Shown: positions 57,720 to 64,000 of the stretch, piece by piece | Layout of the letters: each line of letters starts with the position of its first letter | Position numbering within the stretch: the first letter of the stretch is position 1 | Assembly (NCBI GenBank): GCA_012295275.1 | Contig: CM022678.1 | Span: forward strand, 4,588,001-4,652,000 | Origin: Chrysomallon squamiferum | Taxonomy: Eukaryota; Animalia; Mollusca | Reading direction: 5' to 3' | Length of the DNA stretch: 64,000 nt | The notes under the pieces: model-generated | What the model was told of the DNA's origin: nothing | What the model saw: only the letters and a program-made list of their open reading frames with translations | Database searches by the model: none | Made by a program: the position numbers and the translations under genes

Positions 57720-57962
57720 GTCAAATACGTCTTCTGTGAAGATAAATTTTATCGTGTATGGCTCTGTGAGTGCCGTCGTCTGGCCAATTTGGAACCAGTT
57801 TTTATGAATCACGTTGGTTTAGTGATCGAAAAACCTACGAAATATCAGTTAACTGAAGTAACATTTTCAAGAACATTACAATGGGCAACAAACATTCTTG
57901 GCTGTCGAACTATTTTCTATTCTTTCAGCGATAATATTTGTCCTTTCTCCTACGTTGAAGAC
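57720..57962 (+). pseudogene. Old diverged PAN exon relic
   Basis: VPSSGQFGTSFYESRWFSDRK/frameshift/KP...RTLQWATNILGCRTIFYSFSDNIC aligns with CPASGNVETNFHESRLFRDVKP...[22 protein letters not shown]. Confidence 0.65.
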
Positions 57963-58027
57963 CATCCATGTAGGAAACTTCACGATGAAAATATTATTTT
58001 AATTATAATAATACTTCGCGAAAGAAT

Positions 58028-58144
<117 letters not shown>

Positions 58145-58502
58145 ATCTCTCTGTATTAACTAAACTTCAAAATTTGATTTGTTCTAAAGAATGACAAAAA
58201 TAAATTCACTCAGCAAAGCTGACGACCATTTTATTGCGACGTCATTTCGTTGATACAAATCAAATATCACAACGAGAAACAAGTTGTCTTTTTGACCTTC
58301 AATAACATTTTTCTTACTTTTAATATATATAATACATTGTTATATTATCTTATGTTTATAATTACTTATTTTTATATTATGATATATCACCATTAACAGT
58401 CCAGCATGTATATTAACAACATACATCAAATTAAACATGACTGCCAAATTTAGGCAAGATTCCAGATTGATGAGTTTATGTATCCGATCTGTTCTCTTCA
58501 AA

Positions 58503-58780
58503 CTACAGCACAATCTTAGACGGTCTTATTTTCATGACAGTTCTTTTCCTTATATGTCTTCTGGAAAGTGGATTGTTGGTCCAATTGCAAGGATGCCACC
58601 AAACCGACGTTGCATCAGTCTTACTTGTATCATACACACCATTTAAATTGGAATATGTCCAATATCTGTACCACCAGCCACCTTTATATTTTTCAGTACA
58701 GTTGATAGATTCCCCAGCAAAGTCTTTGTCTTTTGCACTGAAGTTACAACCGTTATGCATTTGGAGACCATCACCTAAAA

Positions 58781-58840
<60 letters not shown>

Positions 58841-59444
58841 TGTATCTATGTATGTATGTATGTATATATGTATGTATATATGTATGTACATGCATTTTAC
58901 ACAAAACAACTCTCTCTCCAGCACACACACACACACACACAAACGCACACACAACATATACATATGTCATTCACTACTGATAAAAATCACGTATAAACAT
59001 GTCTATATAACACGTTCAGATACCAATATATTTGTTTAATGTGTAGATGATTCTATTAAAATTGCATATCTATAAGAAAAAACTTGACATCTTGGTTTAG
59101 GAAATACTACTGAGGCTGTTCAGTAAACAGAATAATGTTTGTGTCTTTGTCGTTATTCCTATTTTCCAAAACTCTTCAGTCTTCATTCATCCTGTATTTG
59201 ATGTAAAATAAAATATTCTCTGGTATAACAACCATAATAATAATTAAAAAACAGTAATGTAAGTGTAATTCTAATTACCAGCAGTTCTGCTGTAGTTGGC
59301 TACTGACAACTGGAAATTCTTTTCATCTCCTGCTATAGAGAAATTCTTGTAGGAGGCATAGGAAACGTTCTCGTCTAAATCTTCTAAATCTACCCTCAGT
59401 TCAAAAACTCCTTGAGTAGTCAGTCTGTGAATATTCGTGTTACC

Positions 59445-59500
<56 letters not shown>

Positions 59501-60279
59501 GTATTATATTTGATAAAGAATTATAACTCAACTTTCAAAGAAAATATCTCTCCATTAAGTCCACCAATGAAAACATTTAACATAGTTTAAACATACCTAG
59601 CCAGAACTCATTGCTCAAATTTCCGAAACCGTCTTTGTATTCATTCCAAGTTCTATAAAAATCTTCCGATCCGTCTGTCCTTCACTGAAAAACCTAAAAA
59701 TATAAACACACTCACAAGTACACCGGTTTGTAAGAAATAAGCAAAAGGAAATAGACTGAAAGATAGACAGATAGGTAGGTAGATAGGAAAGGAGGTATAC
59801 AGCTAGCTAAATAGATAGAAAGAAAGATAGATATACAGATGGGGAACAAATATATATATATATATATTAATACGATTTAGATGCCGGTAAAATTAAATAA
59901 TTGAAATATGTTTTTGACCATTGTAATATCCTTTAAGAACAAAACATGCGACTTTAAAGATCATTCTTAAAATTATTAGTTCAGTTAATCAGCGGCCAGT
60001 TTCGTTTAAAAACACAAATTTAAAATTTATAATTCCGAGGCTTTCGTTGACGTCCGCCGAAACATAATTTATGTGAGCAACAAAAAAGAAAACCGGAGAC
60101 CTGGGCGAACAAAACACGCTTTCACAAGAGAAGCTGCTGCATACATATCCAGTGATTCTCTTTCATCTTCACGGAGGTCAAGGTAGAGCATTTTGAAACT
60201 TTTGTCCTGCATAATTTTATCGGCTGTTTTGGTGCAGTAATTGTATGGCATAAACTGAGTCAGTAAGAGCGTATTGGTT

Positions 60280-60374
<95 letters not shown>

Positions 60375-61083
60375 TATATATGTTTATGTTTATATAAACA
60401 TAAACGTAACTTAAAATTTGACATTAACATAATTATCTTGTTATTCACGTAACCGATTCTGTCATTAATAGTTGTTACTTTGCTGATAAGGTTTGCTAGT
60501 GGATAATTTAATTATGTTTATTTGCTTTTGTTTATTTTCCAAATGTTTTTGTGAAATGATCAATAAATAAGTGAAACTGTACTCCGTGATCATATGTTAT
60601 ATTATTTATGATGTTGCTAGTATTATACCATCACCGTAATAAACCATTGTCTAAATTTACTAATCCATTTCTTAATCCCTGAACGCTTTACCTCCCTTAC
60701 AAGTAAGTAGCTTAGGTAAGGTGGCCGTGAAGCTATGAAAACTTTATATTCCATTATTAATTTCATTACAGACATCATACCTACATATATACATACATGC
60801 ATACATATTATATAGATAGATGGATAAATCAAACCTTTTTAACTTACCAGCCATCCTCCATTACTAATTTCACAATAGACACTGATTGGCTGTCCGCCAT
60901 CACGTGGTGTTACCAAGTAAACACCGTCAGTCTGAATTCCTTTCTTCACGACATCGTAACAGTCAGCAGGTACGTCGTTTTCAACATCTGTAAAGTGAAT
61001 TCAGTGTATTCTGCGTAAATCTGTGACTCTAATTATTTTAATCTAAAAAGCAATAATAATAATAATAATAATAATCATAGCAA

Positions 61084-61130
<47 letters not shown>

Positions 61131-61735
61131 ATATTATTATTATTATTATTATTAATATTCACGACACCTGCAGGTACGTCGTTTTCAACGTCTAAAAAAT
61201 CAATTCAGTGTATTCTGAGTAAATTTTCTGTCGACTGTCTGCAAATATTTGTTTCTAAAACGCAAATATAATAATAAAAAGAAGAAGAAGAACAAGAAGA
61301 AGAAGAACAACAACAACAACAACAAAGAAGAAGAAGATGAAAAAGAAAAAGAAGAGGAAGAAAAGATAATGCAATCGACAGAGGAAATGACAGAACTACA
61401 TATTTTTATCTTAATAACTTACCGAAACGTTGCATGCCCGTATGATTTTCAAATGTCGAATAATTAACTTCATCACCGTTTAACGAACAGACGTTGTCAG
61501 TGGTTGAATAGAAAATACTTCGGCAGCCAGGACGATGATAGCAATTTGCTGCGCACTGTAATCTTCCTCGGGCTGTCATTTCTTTTAAACTTTGTGATTT
61601 GGGTTTTAAATCTCGGAAGAATGGTGATTCGGGGAAATCGGTTCGAACGTTGCCAGAAGCTGGACAGAGTTCGGAGGAAACAGAGGCCTCAAACAGGATG
61701 ACAATCGTAAGTGAGATACTCTTCACAGACGTCAT
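58503..61735 (-). pseudogene. PAN/Apple-FReD copy 8: full exon set with one nonsense codon
   Basis: Exons 61735-61423 (313), 60987-60848 (140), 59693-59597 (97), 59443-59279 (165) and 58774-58503 (272). Exon 3 reads VFQ*RTDG, with TGA at 59684-59682 where copy 6 has CGA. Confidence 0.85.
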
Positions 61736-62652
61736 AGTTGACGTTGTGTTTGTTGGCACCGGGTAAATCAGAGTGTTGTCGATCTTGTCTTGTGCACAAA
61801 TAGATCGGAGCTGTATTTGCCTTCAGTATTGATTTATTGGAATACTCTTTGTGTTTTGAGGAAGATAATTGATTATTCGTTTCCTTTCTTTCGGTTGGAT
61901 CTGTAAGTCCTTGTACAAAAGAATAACACAATTTAATGAGTGCTTCGTCGCAACGGCCGATATGAAATATATAAATACTGTGATAGAATTAAACTTGAAG
62001 AAATGAAGTGTGTGCGGTTTTTTTCTTGAGAAAACATTAACAAGTAATTGCTTTCCATCAATTCCATGAAAGCTAATTATCTGTTTTTATTTTTCTAATA
62101 GATTCAATCAAAGAATAAATGTTTTATCTTTGACTACACTGCAGTACAAAGAGGAATTTTCACTGATGCATGAAATTTGATGCAGTAAAATAAATGTAGT
62201 AGATAACACACAAGTCTTACTGTTATACAATAAATATTTAACTTTAATTCCAATAATCATAATAAAATTGATTTATATGTACTGAATCGTAATTAAAATC
62301 TCAAACACTATACATTTTCTATAATCCATGGACTGCAGTTGTTTTACAGTTATAATAAAACAGTTTCGTTTTCTTTTCCTTTTTCTAGCTACATGTGTGA
62401 TCACGTGATATCCAGCTTGTTATTGCTGGTTCACAACAATTAAGATTGAAATTATTGAAAAGCATTGTAGTTTGAAATATTCAAAGAAAAACGTTTCAAA
62501 TGAATCGTAACATAAGTATTTATAATCTAATTTTCAAAACAAAGTAGAAAACAGAAGACATGCCAGAATCAACACCATAACGAACATTAATTCACACAGA
62601 CTTCACATATCTCGCTATATGTCCACGTATTACTGTGTTTTCATCAAACAGT

Positions 62653-62845
62653 GGGACGAAGTAAGATTGTCTTATTTTTCATAACTGTTCTTTATTTTCG
62701 AAACTGCAGTGACTTTTTCAGTAGTCAGAACATTTCTGACCAACCACGGACCTTTGTAAGTTTCAGATCAGTTGTCAGCTGAACTGTCCAAGTCTTTGTT
62801 CTTTTGTACGGAAATAACAACCATTGTGCCAGTCAAGACCATCAC
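62653..62845 (-). pseudogene. Orphan decayed FReD exon 5 (mirror of 49020-49215)
   Basis: tag|GDGLDWHNGCYFRTK..., with frameshifts. Confidence 0.78.
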
Positions 62846-63257
62846 CTAAAAAACAATTATTGCAATACTTTTTATGCCTCTCATTAATCTAACCTCACTC
62901 TCATACAAAAATCAGACTATTCAAATAAAAATTAAACTTTTTAAATAGTTAAAACTTTCCTGACTTTAATAACGAGGTTACTTCGTTTTCCTATTCTGTT
63001 TTGTAACAACAATATCCACAATCACTACAATATCAGCAACACAAAAAACAGAAGCAGAAATAATAATAAGAAGAAGAAGAAAAAGAAGAAGAAGAAAAAG
63101 AACAAAAACAACACCGAGGTCGTGCATCTTTTAGACCTGCACCACATCCAAAACTAGTTTCTAATCTGTTCTTTTTTCCTTCTTCTTCTCCTGTTTTTGT
63201 TAAGAATTCCTTTTCTGTGAACGAAGACATATATTTGTCCACTACTTCGTTTTTATA

Positions 63258-63600
63258 TTTTTGGTACTATCACGTGATGCCGTCAAGCCAATCAGTGTCT
63301 ACTGTGAAATTATTAATGGAGGACGGCTGGTAAGTCAGAAATACCTTGATGTAAACAAACAAAAACACACTCAGAAACACATCTGCAGCTATCTAGGCTC
63401 CCTGATATATGGAGTTCCTATACAGCAACTTAAATTGTGAAACATATCTTTTATGGCAGGCAATCATTTCACCTCGCCATATTGAGAGGCCTGTTTCCAC
63501 TACGTCACAGTTTCTTCGACGACAATGTTTGTTTTGCGCATGGTGACGATGTTTTTCAGTCTACTTTTGACGATTGTCCAGGAGTTCGACGTTACAGTAA
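63258..63600 (+). pseudogene. Scrambled relics: exon-2 3' half followed by exon-1 3' tail
   Basis: [23 protein letters not shown]|gtaagt (to 63329), then FFDDNVCFAHGDDVFQSTFDDCPGVRRY (~63512-63597). Confidence 0.7.
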
Positions 63601-64000
63601 ACTGTTATTTTAATGAAGTCATTAGTCTCAGAAAATGTTTACATTAATAGCAGTGATATATCTTTGTGCTAAGTAAAGAATAAAGATGTTTGTTGTCTTA
63701 GATGTTTTATTCTGTCTTTCCCTCTGTCAGACCTTGTTGATCTATTTTTCTGCATATGAAAATAAGAATCGGTGTTAATAATGGACAGAAGATAAGGAAT
63801 TTGTGTGTACTGAATATGATAATGTTTATCGACAATTCTAATCCTAATTATTCTCTGGAGAGAAGTTTTTCAGTAAAAGCAAGAGAAAGCAACATGATTA
63901 AACATGGCGGAAAGTCCAATTATAATAACATATACATCTTCCTCTTTATCGTAAACAAAGCAACACATAACTATTGATTATAATGACTTTAAACTACCAT

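Overview
This is AT-rich, microsatellite-rich, intron-containing animal DNA, probably from an invertebrate such as a mollusc (inferred from the gene families present; not provable here). Layout: (1) 1-5.1 kb is decayed sequence containing a 1.7-kb element with terminal inverted repeats (TIRs). (2) 5.14-21.08 kb is a 36-monomer satellite (about 410/500 bp) with nested higher-order structure: 5-mer and 6-mer units plus a 9.78-kb super-repeat. (3) 23.8-24.7 kb holds damaged + strand exons of an Ig-domain gene, followed by a 200-N scaffold gap. (4) 25.1-64 kb is a tandem cluster of five-exon genes encoding signal peptide + PAN/Apple domain + fibrinogen-related domain (FReD). Three copies are intact (321-324 aa), one is intact up to the gap, four are pseudogenes, and many orphan exon relics lie on both strands. 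Exon lengths and phases are conserved across copies. Exon variants assort independently between paralogs, the predicted ligand-binding exon is hypervariable, new cassette exons appear to be arising by partial exon duplication, and a >4.4-kb inverted duplication brackets an intact copy. This looks like a rapidly diversifying secreted lectin or recognition family. Gene models were built by hand from translations and GT/AG sites; nothing was checked against databases.
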